A DNA stretch of 64,000 nt. Origin: Auanema rhodensis. Its lineage: Eukaryota > Animalia > Nematoda. Within the stretch, counting starts at the first letter, position 1; each line of letters begins with the position of its first letter. The notes under the pieces are model-generated. The model made no database searches and had not been told where the DNA came from. It saw only the letters and a list, made by a program, of their open reading frames with translations. The stretch spans positions 4,650,001 through 4,714,000 of the forward strand of contig OZ059898.1 in assembly GCA_964057225.1 (NCBI GenBank), in the 5' to 3' direction. A program made the position numbers and the translations under genes. Below, piece by piece: positions 1 through 14,569 of the stretch.

Positions 1-274
1 TGTGGCATCTCAATCTTTGAATTTTGCCCACTTGGCCATCATCTTGAATATTATTGACATACGCGCTAACAATTCATATTCGTTTTCATTGTCATTAATT
101 CTTGAACTATTTCAATATCTTGTATTTCTTTTCTTTTCAAATAGCCATACACTAGATTAATTTTCATTGTCCACTTTCGCTCTTCTTCCATTCCATGTTT
201 ATTTACTGAGTACTTAGCATTTGTAAAAATTTATTATGTTCTTCCAGGTAGAATGAGTGAGCATAAACAATAAG

Positions 275-3200
275 ATGAAACCTCGGATAATAGGATTGCA
301 GTTTTTACTGTCAACTTACATTATATCGTCCCTGGATATATTGGTTGATGCCGTTCCATGCTCATACAAAGTAAGGATTTTTTATATTAAGTAACATGTG
401 CTACATATTCATATTCAATTTACTTATTTGAAAACTTTATTCTTGTTTGGATTAATTCTTTTTCTTGCAATCTTTCCTATGATTTTGGTTAAGTGTTAAT
501 CTGTAAAGTAAATAAAACCTGTCGGGCTACCAAAGCTGAATCACACAAGGATGAACCGGCGAACTGTGCTTATATGGAAGGAGAAGTGAAGCGTTCATTA
601 CTAATCTATTTAATCTGTTTCCTTCTACTATTGTACTTACTGATTAACCGCGAAGTTATGATTTCAGACACCACGAGTAGAAAATGTTTTGCTTGAAGTA
701 CCATTGGGAGTGGAAGATGAACACGACGAATATGAATCTTCTTCGAGAGCTCGTCGATCGACAGAAGATGTCTTCCTACCTTTACGCATAAGACTTCATT
801 TTGATGATTCAATACGTAATTTGACGCAAGAAAAGCAACTTTATGTTAACGTAATATAAATTTAAGTTTTTGATGATTATATTGACCTTTCAGAGCTCTT
901 TGCTACCGGAAGCTGCAGGCTTTTGGGAGCGAGCGTTACGAGTTAAACGAACATCTGAAGCTCCTATTCGGCTACGAAGGTATGTCATCATTTTTTTGTA
1001 GTAATTATCTTCTTGTTTGCAGAAAATGCATATCGTCTTTTTATTATTATCGCAAAGATAAACGAGCTTTAGCTTGTGATATTGGCTGTCGTGATATAAC
1101 AAAATGTGGAGAAGCTATAATTCCTCAAGATCATCTTCTCGTATGTTAATACTCTTAATTTTTTTAAAATCAAAGTTGTTTTAGGACTGCTCTTATTGCA
1201 CGTCTTCGGATGACTGTTTCAATAGTGGAATAAATGGGCCTGGTATACAAGATGCTGATTTTGCACTATATGTTACAGCAATAGCCACTCAAAGGTTATT
1301 CTTTTGTTTTTTTTTACTATGTTTTCTAACTGTTTATTTTGTTGTTTTATACCTTGTTTTTCTAATTCTTGAAATTGTAGATGTGAGATGCCTGATACTC
1401 TAGCTTACGCAGCTCATTGTCAACAAGAAGCAGAACTAGACAGGTGCGTTTTGTTGATATGGTTCCAAATTAATTTCAAAACTATTTTTAGGCCTATTGC
1501 TGGTCATGTAAACCTCTGTCCACAGGCTATTTCTACTCATAAACATGATAGAGAAATTCTTGTTTCGACTGTTAAGCATGAATTACTGCATGCCTTAGGC
1601 TTTTCTGTTGGCCTGTTTGCTTTTTTTAGAGATGAAAACGGGAAACCTAGAACTAAGAGGCTTGTTTATTGAGTTTTTCTGCTTTTAATTTGTGGAAGTG
1701 TATTTTAGAAACAGCTACGGAAAGCCACTGACTCTTAACAAAGAAAAAGGAATTTACTTATGGGATTCCAATACTATTGACACTATTCTTCGTTTAGATT
1801 GGTGGACTGGAAAGGGAAAAGTAGGAATCCCTCATTGATATTGATATTATTTTTTGTTTTTAGACTGTTCATCCGGTACGAATGATGGTTACTCCAAAAG
1901 TACGAGAAGAAGCTAGAAAACATTTTGGTTGTGATAATCTGGAAGGTGCTGAATTAGAGAACCAAGGAGGTGATGGTACTGCTTTAACACATTGGGAAAA
2001 GCGCGTATTTGAAGTAAATTTTAGGTATATATGTTTCATTAATAACAAAATATTTTAGAACGAAGCTATGACTGGAACCCATACACAAAATCCTGTGTAT
2101 TCTCGATTAACCTTAGCTTTATTGGAAGATAGTGGTTGGTATAAACCTAATTATGAGTATGTTCTTATATATATGTTTTATTTTTACTTATTGTTTTGAA
2201 GAGTTGCTGAAGAATTGCATTGGGGCAGAAATCTTGGATGCTCTTTTGTTCAGAAAAGTTGTGGCGAATGGATTCATCGTAAACGCAAGCAGTAAGCTCT
2301 CGAAATTGTTTCTTTCTTATTTATTCTATACACAGGGGCAAACTTCCGTATCCATATTGTGATGAGATAAAGCACGATGGTACTAAATCACTAGCTGTTA
2401 CTCGGTATCTATTCCTTCTTGAAAGTTCTAAAACTCTTGTTCAAGGTGCACTTCTCAACGTGATTCCCTTTCTCTGTGTAATTTGATTCCATACAAGCAG
2501 CCTCTTCCTAGACAGGTACACTGTTCACGCTTACAAAAATGTATTGTGGTCATCGATTGCTCTTAAGTTTCGCCATTTTGCTCATCTTGATGGTATTTCA
2601 TCGGAAGGCTTACAATATTATGGAGGGGCAGTTGAATTAGCAGATTTTTGTCCATATTCTCAAGAATTTGAATGGAAAATGATCAATTCATCAATTCGTC
2701 GAGATTCGCGATGTGAACTCGAAGGCAACAATAGAAATGGCGAGGATATTCTTGAGGTTTTGCTTTACCTTGTACAACTCGATTCAACTTTTCGCCACAG
2801 GTATATGGAGCATCATCACGCTGCTTTGACTTTGTTGCACCTTGGACCGAAAGAAAATGCGGCCGACTCCGAACTTTAAGCCATTATATGGCTGGATGTT
2901 ATGAGGTTTTTTTTATTTCTTCTTTCATATAAGAGTTTTTTTTTAGCATTCTTGCGAGAACAATCGTTTATATATTGGTACTCATAACTCTACATTATAT
3001 CCTTGCTTTTTTGATGGACAAGAAGTTCATATTCGCCGAGTTAGTTATTACTTCTTTATCAAGCATTTATGTTTTTTTATGCGTGAAACTACAGTATGAA
3101 ATCGTTATTTTCAGATAACTGAAGGATGGCTAAGAGAAGGAGTAATAGTTTGCCCACCGTGTCGAGATTTTTGTGATAATTGTCAGCTTATTCCAAAAAA

Positions 3201-3357
3201 CGATGAGTATATAGGTAGTAGTTTTTGAAAGATTTCTCATTTGCAAACTAACATTACTTCAGGAGACCCTGAGTTGGACGAACCTTGTAGCAGTACATGG
3301 ATATCTGTGACTCTACCAATAATTTTCTTGCTTTTGTCTTGCCTACTCTCGTCATAA
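275..3357 (+). CDS. Invadolysin / leishmanolysin-like zinc metallopeptidase (M8), multi-exon
   Basis: The spliced product contains [10 protein letters not shown] (HExxH), [29 protein letters not shown] and [13 protein letters not shown]. It starts with the signal-like [17 protein letters not shown] and ends in the hydrophobic GPI-like tail [19 protein letters not shown] (TAA 3355-3357). Confidence 0.93.
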
Positions 3358-4086
3358 TTTACTCTGTAATTTGCTAGCTTTTCAATTGACCTCAGTCATA
3401 TCACAGTAGGTAATATTTTCAAATTTATTTGACTGCCGGTGCTAGAGACTTACTTGTGATAATCCTTAATCAAATTATTTTATTCACAAAGTGTTCTTTC
3501 CTTTACGTTTTTCAATATTACGGGTCATGTAATGACATAAAATTAATAAATTGTATTATATATTCACCATGTTTTTTTATAAAAATGAATATTATTTATT
3601 ATAAATCCTAGAAAATGATAAGAACAGTTATATTTATTTAAATAACTACCGAAAAATTATAATTTAAAGATAAAATTTAAGTAAAATTTCAAGTTAAAGA
3701 AAAACGTCTAAAAATTCTATTTTTTAAGAAAGACCTAGTTTAATCTTTAACCGATTCCCATTTTTAGTTTTTTTCTGATTGGACTGGCTTATGAGACAAA
3801 AAGACCAAAGAATTTTAAAATATATTAGCTTATTTGTTTATTTGTTTATTTGTTTATTTTGTTTAAATACTTGTTAGTTGTATATTTTAGTTTCGCTGCA
3901 TCTCATGAGAAGCTAATTTATATTTAACACAAAGAAATTAAGTAACAAGCCATTTTTTTTAAAAGTGAGGGTTTCATACAGCCTAACCACAAATAATAAA
4001 AAAAATACTGAAAATGAAAGTAACATTAATTTTCGTTGGAAATATCAGATTGGAAAAAATGGAAAATTGTATAAGTCGTTGTTGTA

Positions 4087-5155
4087 TCATTCAATTAATT
4101 TTCTATGAATATCCATGATATTTTTGAAATACTTCACTGTTTTCACCTGAAAAAATCAGAAGAGTTTGGGATTTTATCGGAACAAATCACCTTTAATTCT
4201 AAAGTAGCATCTTCATCAGCTATAAATGTAGCTGAAGGATGCTGTTGGAGAGCACTGACTGTCCACATATGATTTATTCCACATTCAATAGCCTTAAATA
4301 TCATATACTTAATAAATATGCGTATTAATCTATTTACATTATGAAGTGCCAATGCTTTATGAGCACCTAATACTAGGATAAGAACTTCCTTAGCATCCAT
4401 AACAGTTTGTACACCTACTGTCAAGGCTTGGGTAGGGACTTCAGATATATTTCCACCAAAAAATCTGGCATTAGCCTGAAGACGGCATGTAAAATCTTAA
4501 GAGTCATTCTGCTCACTTGAATTGTATCGGCATTTAAAGTCTTTATGCGTGTTCTTGATGTGAGTGAACTTCCTGGTTCATTGAAGGCTATGTGCCCGTC
4601 AGGTCCAATACCTACGGAATAAAAGATAACAATACGACGAAAAAAAGGATAGAAACCTCCAATGAAAAGGTCAATACCACCTTTAGCAATAATTGTTTTT
4701 TCATACATATCACATTCCTCAAACAAATCCTGGGCATTTCCATCCAGGATATGAACGTTTTTTGGATCAATATCAATAAAACGGAAAAAGTTGTTAAACA
4801 TAAAAGAATGATAAGACTCAGGATGATCTTTAGGTAAACCTATAATAAACCTTATATACAAAAAACCAGACTTAATATAAACATACCAACATATTCATCC
4901 ATATTGAATGTAACTATATTTTTAAATGACACCAGTCCTTGCTCATAGAATTCGATCAATTTTTTATACATTTTCAATGGCGTTGATCCTATTATGAAAC
5001 TTACATTTAGTTTTAATAAGACAAGGCAAACCTGTTGGTAATCCAAGCACAAAGAATTGCTTCTTACCATAGTTATGCTCATTAATTTTCTTCATAACAT
5101 AGCGAGCAGCAAAAGTGGAAGCTTCGTCTGGAGTATCCTCGATTATCAGTTTCAT
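4087..5155 (-). CDS. Glucosamine-6-phosphate deaminase (GNPDA/NagB)
   Basis: MKLIIED...[71 protein letters not shown]...LIE*. The introns are short and GT-AG. Confidence 0.96.
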
Positions 5156-5842
5156 CTTCGTAAACTAAGACGAAAGTTGCAGATTTCTGAAAAATGAGGA
5201 CATCAGTTTACCGTGGGTCAACGTTGTGTGAAAAAAAAAATCACATTAGCATTTATTGCCCTTATATGAATGAGTATAGCGAAATTTATGCTGAACAGTG
5301 GAGAAACTTTGTAAATTTTACTTATAAAGAAATTTTGTTATCGTTATCTAATCTACTAAGCTCACCTGAGAACACATTTTAGTGGAAAAAATAATATCAA
5401 TATGTGAAGATACCGAAGTTTATATTGTAAGTCATACATATTCCAAGAAATGTATAATAATAAGGTAGCTATATCCAACTGTATTAAAATAAATAAATGA
5501 AGAATACACTTGTTTTTATTATTTTCTTGAGTATAGAAAGTAAAATTGAAGTATTATTTTCATTTCCCATAGTATTTGCCCAACAAATTTGGTAGAAATG
5601 ATCATAATGAATAAATCCAGAAAAAAAATGCATTACAGTATCTTATCAAGTTTCATCGTTTTTTATTAAACATATGATAAAAAGATATTTCATTGTTAAC
5701 AAGAAATATCATTTTTCCCATTATAAACTGTATTTCACAATTTTTTTATCTTATACAAGTTTTCTTATTCGTATTTTCTACAAGTTTCTATAATTCTCGA
5801 GCACTGAAGATTCTAAAATATCAATACACAGTACAACATTGC

Positions 5843-5917
5843 CTGCCACTGGCGTCGGCTGAGAAATAGCCGAGGTCCTCAGTCTTGCGTACATCACGTG
5901 GGGAGGACGGCGGTTTT
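5843..5917 (+). ncRNA. Candidate structured ncRNA (three-way junction followed by TTTT); family unidentified
   Basis: GC-rich island in AT-rich intergenic DNA. Stems are 5843-47/5909-13, 5855-60/5868-73, 5875-80/5903-08 and 5884-90/5896-5902. G-U pairs favour the + strand, and T4 follows at 5914-5917. Confidence 0.4.
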
Positions 5918-6164
5918 AAACGTTTCTGAATTACTTGTTATCAGCTTGTTCGATATTCATGAGTACTATGTTCAATATGAACGTTTATAAAGTAAATGTG
6001 ATAGTGAAATTAGAAGATATAATATAATAGTAATAGTATGCTATGAGTTAAAGTTTATTTAATTATTTGCAATTCTTAAAAATTCTTTCGAACAACTGCA
6101 CCCATTCATAGAACCTTATTCATTTTCATTTTCCTGTATTTTTAGAATCAACATTGTTCAGAAA

Positions 6165-7921
6165 ATGCCTGCTGAATGGCACGAAAGATCTTTTTTCCTA
6201 GAAGTTAAGCCTCGTACCGACCTTGCTTCTCTTTTTGTGGATTGCCCTCCAAACGGAGATGGCGATGATAAAGAGTTTGTCATAAAAGTCTCACTTCATC
6301 CTTCTCTTATGTTCAGAAACAATTGCTTGGATATGGTCAGAGTTGGAGAGAACTCGGTTGAACTTGGTTTGCCATCTGCATTAACAGAGCATATATCACC
6401 ACTGCCTGGTATATAAATATATAATTGAAAATCTTAGTTAGAGCCAGAGTTTTCAGCTTTCAACCAGCGATACTCAGCTAAGATTTCTGGGTTGTATTTA
6501 TCACCGGATTCGGTTTGCTCACCTACTTGGGCCGATAATAAACGTCTATTTATGTGCAAAGTTCGAGCTGCAAAGGATCAAGATCAACCATTAGGTGAAC
6601 TAACTTATTATTTATAACCATTGAAAGTATATTTCTTTAGTACCAAAACAATTTCATCGATTAGCGAAAGAAATAAGCCCTATCGAACCCATTAAAGCAT
6701 TTGTTGAAGAAAATAACGGAAAATCTCTGCTCATAACATGTAATCAATGCAGTTATTCTCTTATTTCAATACAACAAGGGTAAAGAATCTATACGCAGTT
6801 TCATATATTTAAAACTGAATTTAGAAATACATCAATGGGTTGGCTACCATCTGATGATTGGATGCAAACATCACCATCAGTTGATTACTATTGCAGAGAT
6901 ACTTGCGGTGCTGGGTGTGATCCTCATAAGTTAGATCTATTTGAGTATCGTTTTGTAATATGGATATTCGTCTAGACATGGAAATCATAGAAATGGGTTG
7001 GAAAATGAAGGAATTCATTCAGAATGGCTTCCTACTCCAACAAAATTGATGATTAGTCAGTCATACATTGTACTTCATCAAGAGGTATATTTGCACGTGT
7101 AATAATATTTAGGATTTTTTTGATTGAATAGTTTATTTTTCCTAATTTTGTTTTCATCAGATGTGCTGTGAAGGAATTTTCATAGAAGATAAACATGCTT
7201 TGTGCGGAGGTTGTCATGCTGAATTAGGATTTCTTGTGCCAAGTAAATATTACCTGCGATCCGAAATATATATCGTTTTTAGATAAAAGTAATCTGATAA
7301 TGCTTCATCACTCAACATCTAATTTGAGTTTTGATGGGAAGCAATTCCTTACTGAAAGGTTTGAAAAGTTAACTAGCCGCTTATAGTTCTTGGTTTAGAT
7401 TTTCTGATCGATCAATGTTTTTCACTCAAATGCTACTCTCATCTTGTGAAACTAAGTCCAGTTTGAAACTTGTTATCAGATCACTTGATAAAACTCCTCA
7501 TATATTAGTATAATATTTTTATATTAATCAAAATGCATCAATTCTCTTCAGGTCTGGCTTTTGGACTCATATGTCCTCCTCGCTTCGGGTGATCTCAGAG
7601 CTGAAAATGAAATTAATAGTAACAATGAAGTTATAAACGGTATTAAATTCTAATAAGCTAGTATATCTTATTTACTTGACAGAAGAAATTAAACCATTTC
7701 CTGCTATCAAAATGCTCTATAAGGTTTTTGACGCTGAGACTGCTGCTAGCGATCCTCGAGCAAATGGTGAAGATGCTTCTGTGGGTCTGATTGATTTGCC
7801 TCTTCCTTGCTGTATTCAGTTGATCGAAACTCTTCTCCGATCTTCACACACTTTACCTCCTGCTTGCCGTTCTGTTGGTCAGTTTTATGTAGGCTTTCTT
7901 CGTTTAGCAGAAACTGCCTAA
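6165..7921 (+). CDS. E3 ubiquitin-protein ligase E3D (UBE3D / HECT_2)-like protein
   Basis: CxxC pairs (CNQC, CGGCHAELG), the LPSDDW..DYYC motif, and a C-terminal IETLLRSSHTLPPACRSVGQFYVGFL resembling the UBE3D C-terminus. Confidence 0.75.
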
Positions 7922-8294
7922 GTCCAAACCCAGTCTGATGAATGTGATTTTGTTTGATCCTTTGTTTATTTTTTCTGTTTTAACAACAAAGTGCTTCCAA
8001 ACAACTTGGTATTTTTTTCACGAGTCTCTTTGTTAATTGTACTGTTAGTTATTCAACTGTACGCTTTTTTGTTATCTTCGTCATAATGTTTTTTCATGTA
8101 CCTTTTCTGTTTAGTTGGCCAATTCTGAATAAATGTTTACAAAATTATTCAACACAATATGACAAATTTTAATGGTAATCTTCAGCCAATATCACCAATA
8201 CGAACGAATAAAATGAAAAAGAATTATTATTACAGTGTCAACCAGTAAAATACCCGATTAAGTTTTTGGAAAACCTAGAAACAATTTTGGTTTA

Positions 8295-9328
8295 TTAAAC
8301 AAGGGCAGAAAACATCTCGGATGTTTTCTCCACAAGAGCATCCCTATCCACTTCCCTAGAAAATAATAAGTATGTAACTTAGTGATACGAGTGAAAACTT
8401 ACAATAAATCAATCACAGTTCCCTTCGGACATACTTTTTCAAAATGAATTCGGAAATTCAATTGTTTCCTCAATACACCACAAATAGAGCATTTGTATCT
8501 TGAGATTATGTAGCATTACATGAATTTAAAAAAATAACTAACCTTTTTATATTATAGTGAAGCATACAGTGCTTGATCTTTTCTTCCAATGATTTTTTGT
8601 TTACACCGCAAATCTATACATAAATATATAACTTCTGACAGATGGTTTTTTCTGCTAAACATACATTGCAACGCCTTTTATCTTGAATTGGAGTAACTCC
8701 GTATCTACTAACAGGTCTAGCAGCGCGGGGAGGTCTTAGAGACATGTTATGAATAGTAGTATCCTTATTATATGGTGCTGGGGTTTTAATAATAGGAGTA
8801 GTTAAAGCAATAACTCTGAAATAAACTTTTAAGCTTAATCAAACAATTAAAAAGGCATACTGTGTATCGTCTCGACCAACTTTACGTTCTGGTGAGTTAA
8901 ATATATCATATACCATAGATGCAGGAGGCATTGTGGTTGGTGTTTCGGGCTCTGGAGCTGGCAAAGCAAGATAGCTTTCCCCAATAGAAGGTTTCGAATA
9001 AACTGGCAATTCAATTTGGTTAGGAACAATGGGATGCTTTCGAACTAATACATTAACAGTTCTTTGCTCTAGTGCCAAAGCTTCCCTGAAAATACAAAAA
9101 TGTTTAAGATATGAGTGTTTTGGCTATTAAAATGTAACAGACTAACGGAGTTGTCCATTCAATTCCGCGTGAAAGCGGAACTGTTCTCACAAATAGATTT
9201 TCGAAGCCATTTTCAATCTTAAATTTATGGAAAAATTAAATATGAAGCATTCTAGTTGAGTGAAAACTTACCAAAATACTGGATAACTTCCCTAAATCAT
9301 TTACAGGTAACCTTATTTCCACTTCCAT
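8295..9328 (-). CDS. Small C2H2/C2HC zinc-finger protein
   Basis: MEVEIRLPVNDLGK..., a Pro/Thr-rich middle, then RCNICGVNKKSLEEKIKHCMLH (C2H2) and YKCSICGVLRKQLNFRIHFEKVC (C2HC). It ends SEMFSALV*. Confidence 0.7.
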
Positions 9329-9356
9329 GAGCTAAAACAGAAATAAATTAAAACAA

Positions 9357-9357
9357 T

Positions 9358-9383
<26 letters not shown>
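9357..9383. repeat. (AT)n microsatellite
   Basis: Run of AT dinucleotides. Confidence 0.9.
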
Positions 9384-9388
<5 letters not shown>

Positions 9389-9729
9389 TTATTTTGAAAA
9401 ACATTCAGGTAAGTATTATAATTTCAAAATTTAACAATAGAAAAAATAAAAATTTGGCGCCACTATATACTAAATATTTTTTAGACATTTAGTTATTATT
9501 TTGCTAACGGTAAATCTTCTGCTGGGCAATCAGTGATCTGTTAACTACAGTGCATCTGCTAAGTATTTACCAAATAATGTTAACACGGTTTTGTGAACAT
9601 ATTGTTGTTTTATCGGGATTTATTTATTAAGATTAATTTTATATTGTAAAAGTTCAACAATTAGAGATCTTTATTTCGAGAAAATTTCAATTTTAAGGAA
9701 TGCATATGAAATGGAATTATAAGGATAAT

Positions 9730-10910
9730 TTAAAGATCGTAGTCTTCGTTATCGGCAACACACTGAAATATTCATCTGATAATTATTAATATCTTGAACC
9801 ATACGAAGAATTCAATAAAAAACTGTTGTTGCTCTGGCCTCTCAATAGCTAGCTGGACACATAGAACGCCTCTGCCATCTAAGCAAAGAGTAACCTAGAT
9901 TAGGTTTATATATTTTTCAATAGGTGGTATAAATTCTATTTTACTTTCGACGCTAAATTTAAAGCTGAAGACATTCGTTTAACAAGTAAGATACGATATT
10001 TGTGACTGACATTTGCTTCACATTCAATTTTCTCGATTAGCTCTGAGTGAGACGGAAAGTTCATCTTAAAATTTTTTTTTAATGCGCGTTACTGTGGTAA
10101 ATTTACAGTGACTTTGCCTATATCTCCCTGAGATGTGATAGAAAATTTTCTGGAGCAAACTTCTAAGACCATTGCGTGGCTAGTATCATCTAAACCCTAA
10201 GAACCAGTTATGGTGCTATGTATGTATAGTACAGCTCATCAACTAACTTTGATGACATCTCTGAATAGTTCTGGTCTCATTTTTATCTTAGCTTTTATTT
10301 CATCTGGATTGAAATCGAAATCGAGCACCTAAGCATATGGATGAATCTTGGCGAAACTAACAAAGATAGGATACTGCTTCAGGCTCCACGGTGTGAATGC
10401 TAGCTTGAACAATATAATCATCTTCACTAGCTGCCAGAGTTATATGCAATGGCTCACCAAAACCATCGTAAGACAATTTCATTGTTATATTGTTTCCATC
10501 AAGCATTGATAAAATTTCCTTTAATCTCTCATATTATCTTCCCTTTAGGAATATTATTTACCGTTAATTCATGAATAGGCACTCTGAAGTTAACATCTTC
10601 TCTTATGATAAACGCTGAGAAAACAGGATATTCAAAATATATATTCGCCTCAAAATATGAATATTTTCAATTTATATACTTGATATAGGAACCTGCTCGC
10701 AATGCTGATCATCTACTATTATACGAATGCCAGTTTTAGTTACGTGAAACGTGCACCCCTTAAAATGTGTGAAAAGGTTGTTCACAATTAAAGAAATACC
10801 TCTCGAAACATAACAGTTTTCAACACAGAGCAAAACTCTTTTGCATTTTCCATTTTCAATTCAAGACAGTGCATTTGGCCTTCTCGAACATCATCAGCCA
10901 TCATTTGCAT
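9730..10910 (-). CDS. mrt-2: RAD1 subunit of the 9-1-1 checkpoint clamp (MRT-2)
   Basis: LELKMENAKEFCSVLKTVMFRE, LDFDFNPDE, GLDDTSH, SQGDIGKVT, LDGRGVLCVQ...FFIEFF and CVADNEDYDL* are colinear with recalled C. elegans MRT-2. The ORF track misses it because the exons are short. Confidence 0.9.
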
Positions 10911-11558
10911 CTCGAAACTTAATATAGCAAAACTGACTTTAACAAAAAACCAATTGTAGTGAATGAAATGAAATCATGAAATGAATCAAACCAATAAGTA
11001 GAAAATGTCTAATATTTCTTATAGTTTCCAAATCCGAACATTTCAAATAAGATAAAATTAGATAACTTTAAAGCCATGTCATTTAAACTTCTGTTTTTAC
11101 ATAACACAACAGAAAAAAGTTAAAATTTATTTCGTAAACAAAATTAACTGGACAACATTAGTTCACAAATAATACTAAAGGACTTTAACTCTCGATTTTT
11201 CCCAAGATTCCAAACTACCAAAGTATACTGTTTGCTTTATTTAGTCTCAATCCTTATATTCTCATATAAATCAACCAAATTTATATTTATAAATAATAGA
11301 AATAGCCACATTTTTAAGTCATATATGTATTCTACTAGTTATAAATCCTGACGCGAAAAGGGTGTTTAATTTGGGCGGTTTTAGACCTTTACTTATTTTC
11401 ACTGCTCATCTATTTTAACTTATTTATATTTTTAAAAATTAAAAGATTGTATATATTTTGTTATTTGTATGCAAAATATTATGGTATATTATAGCGGCGT
11501 TTAAATTGTTTCTATGTGAAATCTGTTGTATATAGCATGTTAGAGATTTTTAGCCATA

Positions 11559-11904
11559 ATGAACCGTGCTCTTCTTGCTGTTGCTCGCCAAACTATGGCT
11601 CGTCGTTCCCTTCATAAGGGTATCGACTCTACCCCTCCTCTTCGCTATACTTCAAATGCCGAGAAGGTTCGTTTTCTTAGTTAATATGTGTTCTATTCTA
11701 TTTTATAGATTGGACTTTATGCTCTTATTGCTGGTACTATCCTCTCATATCCAACTTATGTTCTTCTTAACCTCAACAATCTCCGTCCAATGGTTTGTTT
11801 TTTTGTTTTGCTTTTAATATAATTTGGCTTTCATTAAGGCTGAAAATTCATTGGCTCCTGAGGTTCAAGAACAACTTGATGCTATGCGCGCTGCCCGCAA
11901 GTAG
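11559..11904 (+). CDS. Small mitochondrial single-pass protein, COX8 (cytochrome c oxidase subunit VIII)-like
   Basis: Three exons give MNRALLAVARQTMARRSLHKGIDSTPPLRYTSNAEKIGLYALIAGTILSYPTYVLLNLNNLRPMAENSLAPEVQEQLDAMRAARK*. This has an Arg-rich presequence, an S-x-PP...S-x-AEK motif, and one TM helix ending P-x-Y/W-VL. Confidence 0.65.
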
Positions 11905-12129
11905 ATAGCGAATGATCGAATAAATGTTCTAGTATACAATGTTTGTTTCATTTAGTAAATAATATGCATTAGTAATTCAATTTTTATATTCTATATACTA
12001 TATATTAAGAATAACAAATCACTTAAACAGTAAAACAATGTAACAGGAATAGCTAATCTATAACAAAGTAAAGTAACAATCTAATTCTAGTAACATCTAA
12101 GCTTGAGATAATATAATGAAAGATTATGA

Positions 12130-14092
<1,963 letters not shown>

Positions 14093-14569
14093 TTCACCGG
14101 GATACCCACTATAAAAAGGTTGATTAAAAAAAAATAGAAACTTGCTGAAAATGGAAAAACAAATTGAAAATCTGAATAGGAGAATAGGTTCAGCACTACA
14201 ATTACGAGCAACGGAATTTTCTGATTACAAGGAAGCTTTGTAAACACAGTAAGATTAAATTCTAATTGGAGCAGGTTGTAACACAGTAGAGCGTTTTTAT
14301 TGGAATCATTTAAAATATTATTTAACAAACTATCGGTGAAACTGAAATTCAAAATTACTGTGCAGAAGATTAATAAAATTTCAAAACTAGTGATCCAATG
14401 TCTTTATACTGACCTGATTTGAAAAAAATGAATTTTTATTATATTATTTGGCTATAAAATTAAAATGAGTTCATATTGTTAAAACTTATTTTTTCCTCAT
14501 CTATAATTCTGATAAAAGCTGATGTTTCTAAATTATATGTTTAGGAATTTGATTTTGTCCTCATGTGAA

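Noticed and set aside
1-192. Minus-strand ORF of about 60 codons (MEEERKWTMKINL...) at the window start
   Set aside because: It is short, has no motif, lies directly upstream of the invadolysin start and cannot be assessed at the window edge.
5843-5917. Hammerhead, HDV-like ribozyme or tRNA interpretation of the structured element
   Set aside because: CTGAGGA on the minus strand has no GAAA after stem II. The HDV-like loop TCCTCAG lacks a matching P1 and J4/2. There is no TTC T-loop or D-arm.
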